A DNA stretch of 55,896 nucleotides from Microgenomates group bacterium GW2011_GWA2_44_7 (lineage in GTDB: Bacteria; Patescibacteriota; Microgenomatia; GWA2-44-7): assembly GCA_000999595.1 (NCBI GenBank), contig LCJH01000008.1, positions 1 through 55,896 of the forward strand, read 5' to 3'. Position 1 is the first letter of the stretch. The number at the start of each line of letters is the position of its first letter. The position numbers and the translations under genes were made by a program. The notes under the pieces are model-generated. The model saw only the letters and a list, made by a program, of their open reading frames with translations, was not told where the DNA came from and searched no databases. This document shows positions 33,469 through 43,693 of this stretch, in pieces.

Positions 33469-34371
33469 ATGATTAATGTTTACGAGTCTGTTGACAACAA
33501 CAAACGGAAAAGTATCCTCGTGGTCAGCATCTTTGTCGTCTTTGTTTTAAGTGCTTCTTATGTCATAGGCAAAGCGATGGGTTTCGGATCAGGCTTTGTC
33601 GGCTTTGCTTTAATTCTTTCTGGTTTGATGACTCTCGCAAGCTATTATTGGAGTGACAAAATAATATTAGGCATATCCAATGCCAAACCGGTAAATCTGA
33701 AAACCGAACCGGTTCTTCAAAGCGTAACAGAGAATTTGTCTATGGCGGCTAGATTGCCGATGCCAAGATTATATGTAATAGAAGATACCGCCCCGAATGC
33801 TTTCGCCACGGGAAGAGATCCTGAACATGGAGTGTTGTGTGTAACCCGAGGTTTACTTGATAAATTAAATCGAACGGAGTTGGAGGGTGTTATCGGGCAC
33901 GAGCTTTCTCACATTGGAAATTATGATACTCGCTTACTGGCAGTCGTGACTATTTTAGTCGGGATGATTGCTTTACTGGGCGACTGGTTTCTGAGGTCCT
34001 TATGGTTTGGAGGCTCCAGAGACCGAGATGAAGGAAACCGCGGCAGCGCACTCTTTTTTATACTCGCCTTAGTTTTGGCAATCATTTCGCCAATTCTGGC
34101 ACAGCTCATTCAGTTAGCCGTTTCACGCCGGCGGGAACTCCTGGCAGACGCCTCTTCAGTGAAATTAACTCGACAGCCCGACGCACTGATCAAAGCGCTA
34201 ACGAAAATATCCTCCGATGGGGAGCCACTTGAAGCCGCAAATCGAGCCACGGCAAGCCTATATATTATCAATCCTCTTAAGGGGAGTGAGGCCGTTGGTT
34301 GGTTTGCCGGTCTTTGGAATACGCACCCGCCAATCGGGGAGCGAATTAAGGCACTTCAGGCAATGCAGTAA
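33469..34371 (+). CDS. htpX: Zinc metalloprotease HtpX (M48)
   Basis: HELSHIGN (HExxH), 4 TM segments and the APNAFATG motif. The LemA-HtpX pairing is common. Confidence 0.9.
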   Translation: MINVYESVDNNKRKSILVVSIFVVFVLSASYVIGKAMGFGSGFVGFALILSGLMTLASYYWSDKIILGISNAKPVNLKTEPVLQSVTENLSMAARLPMPRLYVIEDTAPNAFATGRDPEHGVLCVTRGLLDKLNRTELEGVIGHELSHIGNYDTRLLAVVTILVGMIALLGDWFLRSLWFGGSRDRDEGNRGSALFFILALVLAIISPILAQLIQLAVSRRRELLADASSVKLTRQPDALIKALTKISSDGEPLEAANRATASLYIINPLKGSEAVGWFAGLWNTHPPIGERIKALQAMQ

Positions 34372-34410
34372 ACTCTTTTTAATAGGTGGTCAGTATGTTA
34401 TCGTTAGGCC

Positions 34411-34752
34411 ATGAAGGGGCGGAACCATAGAAGTGATATCGTGGCTAAAAAGGTGAAGTTAACCAGGGAAGAAGTCCTCCACATCGCTAAGTTAGCTCAA
34501 TTAGAATTGTCTGAAGAGGAAGTCATAAAATTCCAAGACCAGCTCTCTTCAGTTTTAGAGTATGTCAGTCAACTTCAGGCTGTGAAAACAGAAGGCGTGC
34601 CAGAGACAAGTCAAGTTACAGGATTAGAAAGTATCTATCGTGAAGATAAAGTAAATTTAGGTCGCTGTCTTTCGGTAACAGAGGTTTTATCAAACGCCCC
34701 AGCGTCTCAAGAGAACTTTGTCAAAGTAAAAGCGGTAAAGAAAGCAAAATGA
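34411..34752 (+). CDS. gatC: Asp/Glu-tRNA amidotransferase subunit C
   Basis: LTREEVLHIAKLAQLELSEEEV... is typical GatC. The true start may be GTG at 34441 or 34453. Confidence 0.75.
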   Translation: MKGRNHRSDIVAKKVKLTREEVLHIAKLAQLELSEEEVIKFQDQLSSVLEYVSQLQAVKTEGVPETSQVTGLESIYREDKVNLGRCLSVTEVLSNAPASQENFVKVKAVKKAK

Positions 34753-36191
34753 AAAAAGTTACCCAAAACTCGATTAACGAAATCCATGAAGGCTACAAGC
34801 TCAAGAAATGGTCTGTGGAAGAGATTACAAAAGAATACATCGGACGTGTTCAAAAACTTGATCCTAAATTAAAAGCTTTTTTAACAACAGCTTTTGATGA
34901 AGCGATTCTCAAAGCTAGAGAGCTTGATTCAAATTTACGGAAAGACGAAGAAGTTATTGAGCGAAAACCATTATTTGGGATCCCTTACGGGGCAAAGGAT
35001 TTGTTCTCCACGAAGGGCGTGCGAACAACCGGCGGAGCGAAAATTATCGATAATTATGTTCCACCTTATGATGCGACATCAATTGTCCGCATCAATGAGG
35101 CAGGAGGAATACTTATTGGTAAACTTAACCAAGACGCATGGGGGCATGGTGCCTCTGGCGAACACAGCGATTATTTCCCAACGCACAATCCCTGGAACTT
35201 AGACTATGTTCCTGGTGGTTCATCAAGCGGATCAGGGGCGGCCGTGGCGGCCCGCATCTTACCTTTTGCCACCGCTACTGACACCGCCGGGTCAGCCCGT
35301 TGTCCGGCTTCGTTTTGTGGGGTTTGCGGTTTAAAACCAACCTACGGGAGGGTATCTCGCTATGGCATCCTCTCAATGGCCTCATCTCTTGATAGCATCG
35401 GGCATATTACGACAAAGGTTGAGGACTCCGCCCGGATTTTAAGCGTAACTGCCGGTAGCGATGAGTTTGATGCAACAACGACCCCTGCAGCCGTTCCTAA
35501 ATACGAGGAGCAATTAACAGGATCAATCAGGGAAACGAAAATCGGTATCCCAAAAGAGTATATCGACGGTGTTACCCCTGAGGTAAGAGAAGCCATAAAA
35601 GCTGCCGCCAGGCAGTTAGAGGGGATAGGTTGCAAATTTGTAGAAGTTTCATTACCACATACTCAGTTGGCAGTACCGGTTTACTATATAGTTCAACCAG
35701 CCGAAGTTAGCTCTAACCTCGCGAGATTCGACGGAAATCGTTTTGGCCATGATAGACAGACCTTCGGTGACGAAGCCAAGCGCAGAATAATGCTTGGAAC
35801 GTATACGCTTTCGGCAGGTTATTATGACGCCTATTATAGAAAAGCAATGCAGGTGAGAACTCTAATTCGTGAGGATTTTTCAAAAGTTTTCAGTCAAGTT
35901 GACGCACTTTTGGGACCGGTAATGCCCCATACTGCTTTTAAACTTGGGGAAAAGGTCAGCGATCCGTTACTTCTTTATCTGGAAGATGTATTCACTGCGC
36001 CGATTAACTTAGCTGGTCTACCGGCCCTGGCTGTACCATGCGGTTTTGGTTCCGGGAATCTTCCCATCGGAATGCAAATTATCGGACCTCAATTTTCTGA
36101 AGGTCTGTTATTTAAAATTGGTTACTCATACGAAAGGGTAACTGACTGGCATTTACAAATACCCCCAATAGCCCAAAACGTTTATTCATAA
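34749..36191 (+). CDS. gatA: Asp/Glu-tRNA amidotransferase subunit A
   Basis: Amidase signature GGSSSGSGAAVAA and KDLFSTKGVRTTGG. Confidence 0.9.
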   Translation: MKKVTQNSINEIHEGYKLKKWSVEEITKEYIGRVQKLDPKLKAFLTTAFDEAILKARELDSNLRKDEEVIERKPLFGIPYGAKDLFSTKGVRTTGGAKIIDNYVPPYDATSIVRINEAGGILIGKLNQDAWGHGASGEHSDYFPTHNPWNLDYVPGGSSSGSGAAVAARILPFATATDTAGSARCPASFCGVCGLKPTYGRVSRYGILSMASSLDSIGHITTKVEDSARILSVTAGSDEFDATTTPAAVPKYEEQLTGSIRETKIGIPKEYIDGVTPEVREAIKAAARQLEGIGCKFVEVSLPHTQLAVPVYYIVQPAEVSSNLARFDGNRFGHDRQTFGDEAKRRIMLGTYTLSAGYYDAYYRKAMQVRTLIREDFSKVFSQVDALLGPVMPHTAFKLGEKVSDPLLLYLEDVFTAPINLAGLPALAVPCGFGSGNLPIGMQIIGPQFSEGLLFKIGYSYERVTDWHLQIPPIAQNVYS

Positions 36192-37448
36192 ATGAGTCCT
36201 GAATTTAACCAACTATTTAAAAACGCTAATTTCCTTCGATTGTGGTTTTCACAAATTGCCTCGCAGGTCACTATCAATATGGTAAATTTTGCCTTAATTG
36301 CTAGGATCTTCGAGAACACTGGATCTTCGGTGGCAGTTTCCTTTCTATGGATCACCTATGGACTGCCGGCTTTACTTATAGGCCCGATTGTCGGCCCTTT
36401 AATAGATTTAGCTTCCAAGCGAAAGATTTTAATAGTCACGAATTTGCTTCAGGCGGTGGCGATATTTAGTTATCACCTTTTTAAGCAAAAATTATTCCCA
36501 CTTTACACCATTGTCTTTGTCTATTCGCTTCTCGACCAATTTTACATGCCTGCTGAAGGAGCAAGCATCCCATATCATGTGCCCAAAAAATTATTACCAG
36601 TGGCCAATAGCCTGTATTCATTAACTTTTCAGGCGGCGTTACTCTTTGGTTTTGCCCTTTCTGGTCCCTTAATTGTTGCTTTTGGAGCAGATATGCCGTT
36701 TGTTCTCGGATCTATTTTACTGATTCTCGCTGCGTTGTCAGTTTATAAACTCCCCAAAAAGGAAAATGGTCAACGTCATCGATCTTTCGGAGCGTATTGG
36801 CAAGACTTAACTTACGGCTACAGTTATGTTCGACATCAACCATTTATTCTTTTTCCAATAATACTGATTATGGGCTTCCAAACTGGATTTTCGATCATTG
36901 CCGTCATATTCCCATCTTATATAAATGATGTTTTGCATTTGGCTATTCGCGATGCCAGTTGGGTACTTGTAATTCCGGGAGGTATCGGTGCCTTGCTTGC
37001 CGCATTTTATATACTTCCAAAAGTATTAGGCTCCGTAAGAAAGATTAAAGTAATTGAGCTGGGACTTCTGGCGGCCTGTGCTTGTTTACTGTCGCTCGGA
37101 ATTGTTGTTCCGACTCTGGGAGGCATAGTCCGATCCGGCGTTGCCAGCTTGTCAGCAGTGTTGGGTGGAATAGCAGGGATATTGCTTCTTGTGCCTGCCA
37201 ATACGGTGATTCAGGAGCAAACCCCGCCCTCTATGCGAGGTAGGATTTATGGATCCTTAACTTTTCTTTTGACAATTGCGGTTGTGGCACCGACCTTGTT
37301 GGCGGCAACGATCTCCGACGTTGTAGGGGCTCAGATGTTAGTCCTTATACTTGCGACCGGAGCATTGATTTCATTCTTTTTAATAAAGACCAAGGGCGAA
37401 GGATTTGTTAATTACCACCTAAATACCTTAAAGAAAGGAGAAAACTAA
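36192..37448 (+). CDS. MFS-type transporter
   Basis: 418 aa with ~12 TM segments. Abuts the gatA stop; its own stop overlaps the gatB ATG (TAATG). Confidence 0.7.
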   Translation: MSPEFNQLFKNANFLRLWFSQIASQVTINMVNFALIARIFENTGSSVAVSFLWITYGLPALLIGPIVGPLIDLASKRKILIVTNLLQAVAIFSYHLFKQKLFPLYTIVFVYSLLDQFYMPAEGASIPYHVPKKLLPVANSLYSLTFQAALLFGFALSGPLIVAFGADMPFVLGSILLILAALSVYKLPKKENGQRHRSFGAYWQDLTYGYSYVRHQPFILFPIILIMGFQTGFSIIAVIFPSYINDVLHLAIRDASWVLVIPGGIGALLAAFYILPKVLGSVRKIKVIELGLLAACACLLSLGIVVPTLGGIVRSGVASLSAVLGGIAGILLLVPANTVIQEQTPPSMRGRIYGSLTFLLTIAVVAPTLLAATISDVVGAQMLVLILATGALISFFLIKTKGEGFVNYHLNTLKKGEN

Positions 37449-38776
37449 TGGTCAGCGCTAAATACGAAAGTGTTATTGGCATGGAGGTTCACATCGAGCT
37501 CGACACAAAAAGTAAAATGTTCTGCTCATGCCCCAGTGAGCACTTTGGCAAGCCTCCAAATAGCCAAGTTTGTCCGGTATGTCTGGGCTTGCCCGGCGCA
37601 CTCCCTGTGCCGAATATTGAAGCAATCAAAAAAACACAGTTAATTGGATTAGCCTTGGGTTGTAAACTTAGAGATTTTTCAAAATTTGACCGGAAAAATT
37701 ATTTTTATCCCGATATACCAAAAGGTTATCAGATAAGTCAGTATGATATGCCATTTTGTTACGAGGGAAAGCTAGACTACCTTACAGAATTCCAAGTAAA
37801 AAAAATGGTAAGAGTAAGAAGAGTTCACATGGAAGAAGACACCGCAAAAATGATCCACATAGACGGTGCGTCTCTGATTGATTTTAATCGTTCAGGCGTC
37901 CCGCTAGTAGAAATTGTTTCAGAACCGGATATTCATGATAGCCAAGACCTAAGAGACTATCTCAAAGCACTTATCCGTGTCATTAGACACTTAGACCTTT
38001 CTAGCTGTGATATGGAAAAAGGCACTCTCAGACTGGAAGCCAACGTTTCTGTAAGAAAAGTCGGAAGTAATGACTTACCCAAATACAAGGTTGAAATAAA
38101 AAATGTAAACTCCTTTCGCTACATAGCCCACGCAATCGATTACGAATTTTCAAGACAGATCGAAATTCTTGAAAGAGGAGAAACTCCTTTACAAGAAACC
38201 AGAGGTTTTGATGAAAATCGGGGTGTCACCGTGAGCCAAAGGGTAAAGGAAGAAGCAAATGATTATCGATATTTTCCCGAACCAGACATACCGCCTAGCA
38301 GATTTCCTGAAGGATATGTCGAAACGCTTCGTAAACAAATCAGTCAATTACCCCAACAGGCAGCCGAACGTTTAAAACTACAATATAACTTTAGCGATCA
38401 TTACGTTAATGTGCTTACAAATTCGCCCGAGGTTTTAATGAAGTTTGACAGACTTGTTGCGTCCGGAAGTACGCATGATGTAAGCCCCGATGAAATCGCA
38501 AACGCCATTGTTAACAGAAGAGTTGATATTTCACTCCCGGTCGAGCAGATCATCCAGAAATTTGTTAGCGCTAAGGTAACAACAGTAACTACCCTAGATA
38601 TTTCTACTCACATCAAAGAAGTCATTAATGAAAACCCGAAAGCAATCGAGGATTACAAAAAAGGCAAAAAAGGAGCAATTGAATTTTTGGTCGGCAGATT
38701 GATGGCCAAGCTAAAGGGGAGAATGGATCCTGTCTCCGCACGAAAGATCCTCGAACAAACACTGCAAGACAAATAA
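37448..38776 (+). CDS. gatB: Asp/Glu-tRNA amidotransferase subunit B
   Basis: IGMEVHIELDTKSKMFCSC, NRSGVPLVEIVSEPD and RLEANVSV. Confidence 0.9.
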   Translation: MVSAKYESVIGMEVHIELDTKSKMFCSCPSEHFGKPPNSQVCPVCLGLPGALPVPNIEAIKKTQLIGLALGCKLRDFSKFDRKNYFYPDIPKGYQISQYDMPFCYEGKLDYLTEFQVKKMVRVRRVHMEEDTAKMIHIDGASLIDFNRSGVPLVEIVSEPDIHDSQDLRDYLKALIRVIRHLDLSSCDMEKGTLRLEANVSVRKVGSNDLPKYKVEIKNVNSFRYIAHAIDYEFSRQIEILERGETPLQETRGFDENRGVTVSQRVKEEANDYRYFPEPDIPPSRFPEGYVETLRKQISQLPQQAAERLKLQYNFSDHYVNVLTNSPEVLMKFDRLVASGSTHDVSPDEIANAIVNRRVDISLPVEQIIQKFVSAKVTTVTTLDISTHIKEVINENPKAIEDYKKGKKGAIEFLVGRLMAKLKGRMDPVSARKILEQTLQDK

Positions 38777-38781
38777 AAATA

Positions 38782-41700
38782 ATGGGCAAATTTATTCATT
38801 TACACGTTCATTCGGAATACTCTCTCTTAGATGGCCTTTCAAAAACCAGGGAAATTGTGAGACGGGTAAAGGAACTTGGAATGTCATCTGTTGCTCTTAC
38901 GGACCACGGGTCCATGTCGGGCGCGGTGGAGTTTTATAAAAACGCCGTTAAGGAAGAAATTAAACCAATATTGGGGGTTGAGGCGTATATAACAAACCGG
39001 GACCATCGAATTAAAGAATCAAGAAGCGAAAGCGGCAGTCATCACCTAGTGCTACTGGCTAAAAACAATGAAGGCTATCGCAATTTAATGGAGCTAACGA
39101 CTATCGCACATCTTGAGGGTTATTATTACAAACCAAGATTCGATAAAGATACTTTTACAAAGCATACAAAAGGAATTGTGGCCTCTTCGGCCTGTATGAA
39201 GGGCGAGATCGCCTCTTTATTAATCGAAGGTGAATACGATAAAGCAAAAGAAACCGCCAGATGGTTTAGCCAACTTTTAGGTGAAGACAATTATTATTTA
39301 GAGGTGCAGCGTCATCAATATGAGGAATATGCCTCAAAAACGGAAGATCACACCATAAAAGGCTTGCTAAAACGAGTGGCAGAAAATGAAAAGAAAGTTG
39401 TCGAAGGAGTTGTTAAATTAAGCCGTGAACTGGGCTTACCAATGATTACCACAAGTGATGCGCATTATGTCAGTCCTGAGGCTGCAGTTGCACAGGATGT
39501 CTTGGTCTGCGTGGCAACTGGGAAAAATGTCTCCGACATCAATCGGATGCGCTACGTCGATGCGCCGACATTTTATCTCCATTCAACACAAGAGATGACC
39601 GATCTCTTTCCGGAAATTCCTGAAGCAATTGAAAATACAAGTAAAATCGCCGAAAGGTGCGAGGTGACGCTATCTTTGGATAAATGGTATTTTCCTGAAT
39701 TTCCCATCGACCAAGGAAAAACTTATCCGGAAGTGTTAACTGAAAAAGCCAATGAAGGTGCAAGAGCAATTTTTCAAACCGTGCCTGTTGAAGTTCAAGA
39801 GCGCCTGGATTATGAATTAAAAACGATTAACCAGAAGGGTTATGCTCCATATTTCCTAATCGTCTCAGATATCTCTAGGTGGTGCTTTGAACATGGGATT
39901 ATTACCAATACCAGAGGAAGTGCGGCTGGCTCACTAGTGTCGTATGTTTTAGGCATTACCACGATTAATCCACTTAATTATGAATTACCCTTTGAAAGAT
40001 TTTTAACGCCGTGGCGCCCCTCTCCCCCTGATATAGATTTTGATATTGCCGACGATCGGAGGGAAGAAGTAATTACCTACATCATAGGCAAATATGGTCC
40101 CCTGGGGTCTCAAGGTTTTCCTATGACAATTGATCGAGCTCTGGAAACGACACCCGATCTCAAAGCGCTTTACGACAAAGACATCGATGCCAAAAAAGTA
40201 ATTGATCTTGCTAAACAAATCGAAGGGAACGCAAGACATGTTTCCGTCCATGCGGCGGGAGTTGTAATTGCCCCAACCAAACTAACTGAATTTACTCCAC
40301 TTCAACTCGATCCAGATGGGGCGAAAGTCATCACACAATACGATATGGATGCTCTTGATCCGAACGTATCTCCGAAGGAAGCAATTGGTTTATTAAAATT
40401 TGATCTATTGGGGATACGAAATCTTGCGATTCTAGGAAGAGCTGTAGAAATAGCCAAGCAAACAACCGGCAAAGATATTGATTTAGGAAAATTACCGCTC
40501 GACGATAAAAAAACATTTACGATGTTAGCCAAAGGAGAAACAATGGGTACTTTCCAGCTTGGTGGAAGCGGGATGACTCGATATCTAAAGGAGCTTAAGC
40601 CGACAAGGATTGAAGATCTAATGGCGATGGTGGCCCTTTTCCGACCTGGTCCCATGTCTATTATCCCTGACTACATTGCGAGAAAACACAATCCATCCCA
40701 AGTGAAATATCTGGATATTAGGATGAAGGAATACTTAGGTAAATCGTTGGGTCTGCTTGTCTATCAGGATGATGTATTTATGACCGCGATAAAAATTGCG
40801 GGCTATTCTTGGGAAGAGGCCGATAAATTTAGAAAGGCCATTGGAAAGAAAATTCCGGCCGAGATGGCTAAACAAAAAGACAAGTTTGTAAAAGGGTGTA
40901 TCGAAAACGGAATGAACGAGGCAAAAGCCAACGAACTTTTTGGCCTAATTGAACCATTCGCCGCTTATGGCTTCGGTAAAGCGCATGCCGCCTCTTATGG
41001 GATCATTGCTTATCAAACATCGTATATGAAAGCTAACTTTCCTGTTGAATTCATGACGGCCCTAATGACCGCAGAAAGCGGAGACACCGAAAAAATTGCT
41101 GAGGCCATAGGTGAGTCACGACGAATGGGCATTATCGTCATGCCTCCTGACATTAATACCTCAAAGATAGGTTTTACAATTGAAAATAACGAAAAATCTC
41201 TATCTTCAAAAGCAATCAGATTCGGTTTGTCGGCCATTAAAAATGTAGGAGAGGCAGCCATAAGTGCCATTCTTTTTGCTCGGGATAAAAGTGGTGCATT
41301 CTTGAGCCTGACTGATTTCTGTCGTCGTGTGGATGGGCAAAAGGTTAACAGGAAGGTGTTGGAGAGTTTGATCAAAACAGGAGCGCTCGACAAGTTTGGC
41401 AAAAGGGCAGCGATGCTTGCTTCTATTGACAAGATCCGAGACCGAGCCGGAAAGAACAGCCAAAACGATAATCAAGGTTCACTTTTCGGAGTTGATGAAA
41501 AGAGTAATTTACCAGGTCAGGTTGATGATCTGGAAATGGTAAGTGAATTTGATAAACCGGAACTATTGGCACTGGAAAAAGAACTCTTAGGATTCTACCT
41601 AACGGAACATCCACTATCTGGTGTTCTGAATGTGATTTCTGACTTAACCACCCACAAATTAGCACAGATACTACCGGAGGAAAATGTAGGGAAGAATGTA

Positions 41701-42222
41701 AAAGTAGGTGGCATTATCTCTGAGATTCGAGTTGTCGTTACTAAAAATAGCGGCCAAGAAATGATATTTGCAAAACTTGAAGACGATACAGGGTCTATTG
41801 GTATTATCGTCTTTCCTAAGCTGTACTCCGGTTCCCGCGAACACTGGGTAAAAGACAAAATAATTATAATTGAGGGCAAGATAGACCAGCGTGAAGAGGA
41901 ACTATCTGTCATCGTGGATAGAGTAATTCCTTTTGATAAGTCCAATCCTACTTTGGCAAAAAATGAATCCGAAGAAAGTTTTGATGATAATAAATCAGAC
42001 ACCGTCATCGACAAGATTATAGAAGTTAAGATTCCTAAGGGAACTTCACCCTTATCACTGGTAAAACTTAATTCACTGCTCCAAGTAAATCGTGGTGGCC
42101 AGAACGTAACCCTAAGCTTTGAAAATGGAAAGGGTGAAAAAAGAATGGTCCTTCCGTTCGGTGTCAATTGGAGTAGTAGTCTTCAGAAAGAAGTAGATAG
42201 AATCTTAAATGATAAAAAATAG
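38782..42222 (+). CDS. dnaE: DNA polymerase III alpha subunit (DnaE) with an apparent internal gap
   Basis: PHP domain FIHLHVHSEYSLLDG, catalytic PDIDFDI, HAAGVVI, FRPGP, GYGFGKAHAASY and an OB fold. The conserved ..QIITFGT..AIRDVGR.. block is absent near 40095-40125. Confidence 0.85.
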   Translation: MGKFIHLHVHSEYSLLDGLSKTREIVRRVKELGMSSVALTDHGSMSGAVEFYKNAVKEEIKPILGVEAYITNRDHRIKESRSESGSHHLVLLAKNNEGYRNLMELTTIAHLEGYYYKPRFDKDTFTKHTKGIVASSACMKGEIASLLIEGEYDKAKETARWFSQLLGEDNYYLEVQRHQYEEYASKTEDHTIKGLLKRVAENEKKVVEGVVKLSRELGLPMITTSDAHYVSPEAAVAQDVLVCVATGKNVSDINRMRYVDAPTFYLHSTQEMTDLFPEIPEAIENTSKIAERCEVTLSLDKWYFPEFPIDQGKTYPEVLTEKANEGARAIFQTVPVEVQERLDYELKTINQKGYAPYFLIVSDISRWCFEHGIITNTRGSAAGSLVSYVLGITTINPLNYELPFERFLTPWRPSPPDIDFDIADDRREEVITYIIGKYGPLGSQGFPMTIDRALETTPDLKALYDKDIDAKKVIDLAKQIEGNARHVSVHAAGVVIAPTKLTEFTPLQLDPDGAKVITQYDMDALDPNVSPKEAIGLLKFDLLGIRNLAILGRAVEIAKQTTGKDIDLGKLPLDDKKTFTMLAKGETMGTFQLGGSGMTRYLKELKPTRIEDLMAMVALFRPGPMSIIPDYIARKHNPSQVKYLDIRMKEYLGKSLGLLVYQDDVFMTAIKIAGYSWEEADKFRKAIGKKIPAEMAKQKDKFVKGCIENGMNEAKANELFGLIEPFAAYGFGKAHAASYGIIAYQTSYMKANFPVEFMTALMTAESGDTEKIAEAIGESRRMGIIVMPPDINTSKIGFTIENNEKSLSSKAIRFGLSAIKNVGEAAISAILFARDKSGAFLSLTDFCRRVDGQKVNRKVLESLIKTGALDKFGKRAAMLASIDKIRDRAGKNSQNDNQGSLFGVDEKSNLPGQVDDLEMVSEFDKPELLALEKELLGFYLTEHPLSGVLNVISDLTTHKLAQILPEENVGKNVKVGGIISEIRVVVTKNSGQEMIFAKLEDDTGSIGIIVFPKLYSGSREHWVKDKIIIIEGKIDQREEELSVIVDRVIPFDKSNPTLAKNESEESFDDNKSDTVIDKIIEVKIPKGTSPLSLVKLNSLLQVNRGGQNVTLSFENGKGEKRMVLPFGVNWSSSLQKEVDRILNDKK

Positions 42223-42231
42223 TTCATTACT

Positions 42232-42259
42232 TTGAAATGATATTGCGGTGTAGTAAAAT
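42232..42259 (+). promoter_or_regulatory. Candidate promoter placing the TSS at or next to the rplS start codon
   Basis: TTGAAA (42232-42237), 16 nt, TAAAAT (42254-42259). The GTG start at 42268 is 8 nt downstream. Confidence 0.4.
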
Positions 42260-42267
42260 ATTGCCCA

Positions 42268-42558
42268 GTGGCAAACAATGTAACTTATCAAGGAAAACCG
42301 ATCAAAGTAGGGGATTTAGTTAGGTTGTCTCTCAAACTAATTGAAGCAGGTAAAGAAAGGATACAAGTGTTTGAGGGACTGGTACTGGGAATTAGTGGTC
42401 GTGGCGACCAAAAAATGATAAAGGTAAGAAAAAATGCCGTGGGGGGAATTGGGGTAGTCAGGTCAATACCGGTCTTTAGTCCTTGGCTATCAAAAATCGA
42501 AGTCAAACGGACTCGGCTAAAAACCTCCCGTGCAAAACTCTACAATTTATCAAAGTAA
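42268..42558 (+). CDS. rplS: 50S ribosomal protein L19
   Basis: IKVGDLVRLSLKLIEAGKERIQVFEGLVLGISGRG...KVRKNAVGGIGVVRSIPVFSPWLSKIEV. Confidence 0.9.
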   Translation: MANNVTYQGKPIKVGDLVRLSLKLIEAGKERIQVFEGLVLGISGRGDQKMIKVRKNAVGGIGVVRSIPVFSPWLSKIEVKRTRLKTSRAKLYNLSK

Positions 42559-42569
42559 ATCGGAAAGAT

Positions 42570-42923
42570 GTGTCGCACTTCTGTAAGCATTTGGGATCCA
42601 GCGGTGAATTAGCCGCGCAAGTATATCTCCGAGGTTTAGGTTACAAGATAATTGAGAAGAACTTTAAATGTAAAATCGGAGAAATTGACATAATCGCGAG
42701 AGATGGAAATACGTTAGTTTTCATTGAGGTCAAAACTCGGTCTTCGTTCACTTTTGGTCTACCAGAAGAAGCGGTCACCGCCAGAAAGATACATAAAATT
42801 CATCTTATTGGTGATTATTACCGAAGCCTACATAAAGAACTGCCGGAACTAACGAGAATTGATGTGATCGCTGTCGAACCCCCTAAGGGGCAAATCAGGT
42901 TATTAAGGAATGTGACCGGATAG
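42570..42923 (+). CDS. yraN: YraN-family (UPF0102) endonuclease-like protein
   Basis: GELAAQVYLRGLGYKIIEKNFKCKIGEIDIIARDGNTLVFIEVKTR. The ORF is open from 42483, overlapping rplS. The GTG at 42570 is a more plausible start. Confidence 0.75.
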   Translation: MSHFCKHLGSSGELAAQVYLRGLGYKIIEKNFKCKIGEIDIIARDGNTLVFIEVKTRSSFTFGLPEEAVTARKIHKIHLIGDYYRSLHKELPELTRIDVIAVEPPKGQIRLLRNVTG

Positions 42924-42936
42924 AATTCCTATAAAC

Positions 42937-43683
42937 ATGTTTCATCTGTATGGACTAATAGTGGGGATGGGTGTTGTTACAGGCTATTCTCTATCGAGAA
43001 AAATCGTCCTTAAGAGTAAGTTGAGTGAAAAAGTGTTTGATCGGGTATGTCTTGTAATTTTATTAATGGCCCTACTTGGAGCGAGAACCTACCATGTTCT
43101 CGATTTACGGGAGTACTATGCCAACTATCCTTTAAATATTTTCGCCATATGGAATGGGGGACTGGCCATCTATGGGGCACTGATAGGAGGATTTTTGGGG
43201 TTATTCCTCTATCTTGTCAAAACGAAACACTTAAACCAAATTTTAAAGTGGTGTGATGTTTTGGCTCCTGGAATTCTTGTCGCTCAAGTCATTGGTCGAT
43301 GGGGAAATTATGTAAACAGTGAAGCCATCGGCCCACCAACTAGCTTACCGTGGTCTGTTTATATTGATAAAGACCTAAGGCCCTCAAGGTATATTAGTTC
43401 GAGTAATTTCCACCCCTTGTTTCTATATGAATCAATTTGGAATCTAATTGGCCTTTTTATTATCATGAGATGTTCAAGGTGGTTTAAATTTACAGGCCGA
43501 ACCTTTAGTTTCTATCTAATATGGTACGGCTTGGGACGTTTTGTCTATGAATTTGGCAGATCAGATACAGCTTTATTTCTAAATATAAAAGTTGCCCAAA
43601 TAATTTCTGTCGTGATGGTCATAATGGGAATTCTCTTATTGTGGAAGATAAAAAAGAATGTCGGTAAACTTACTCAAGTATGA
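42937..43683 (+). CDS. lgt: Prolipoprotein diacylglyceryl transferase
   Basis: WNGGLAIYGALIGG, GRWGNYVNSEAIG and ESIWNL motifs. Polytopic. Confidence 0.85.
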   Translation: MFHLYGLIVGMGVVTGYSLSRKIVLKSKLSEKVFDRVCLVILLMALLGARTYHVLDLREYYANYPLNIFAIWNGGLAIYGALIGGFLGLFLYLVKTKHLNQILKWCDVLAPGILVAQVIGRWGNYVNSEAIGPPTSLPWSVYIDKDLRPSRYISSSNFHPLFLYESIWNLIGLFIIMRCSRWFKFTGRTFSFYLIWYGLGRFVYEFGRSDTALFLNIKVAQIISVVMVIMGILLLWKIKKNVGKLTQV

Positions 43684-43693
43684 GGTCTCTTTA

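Noticed and set aside
42483-42569. N-terminal extension of yraN overlapping the end of rplS
   Set aside because: The extension has no YraN similarity and overlaps rplS by 76 nt. An in-frame GTG at 42570 gives a family-typical length.
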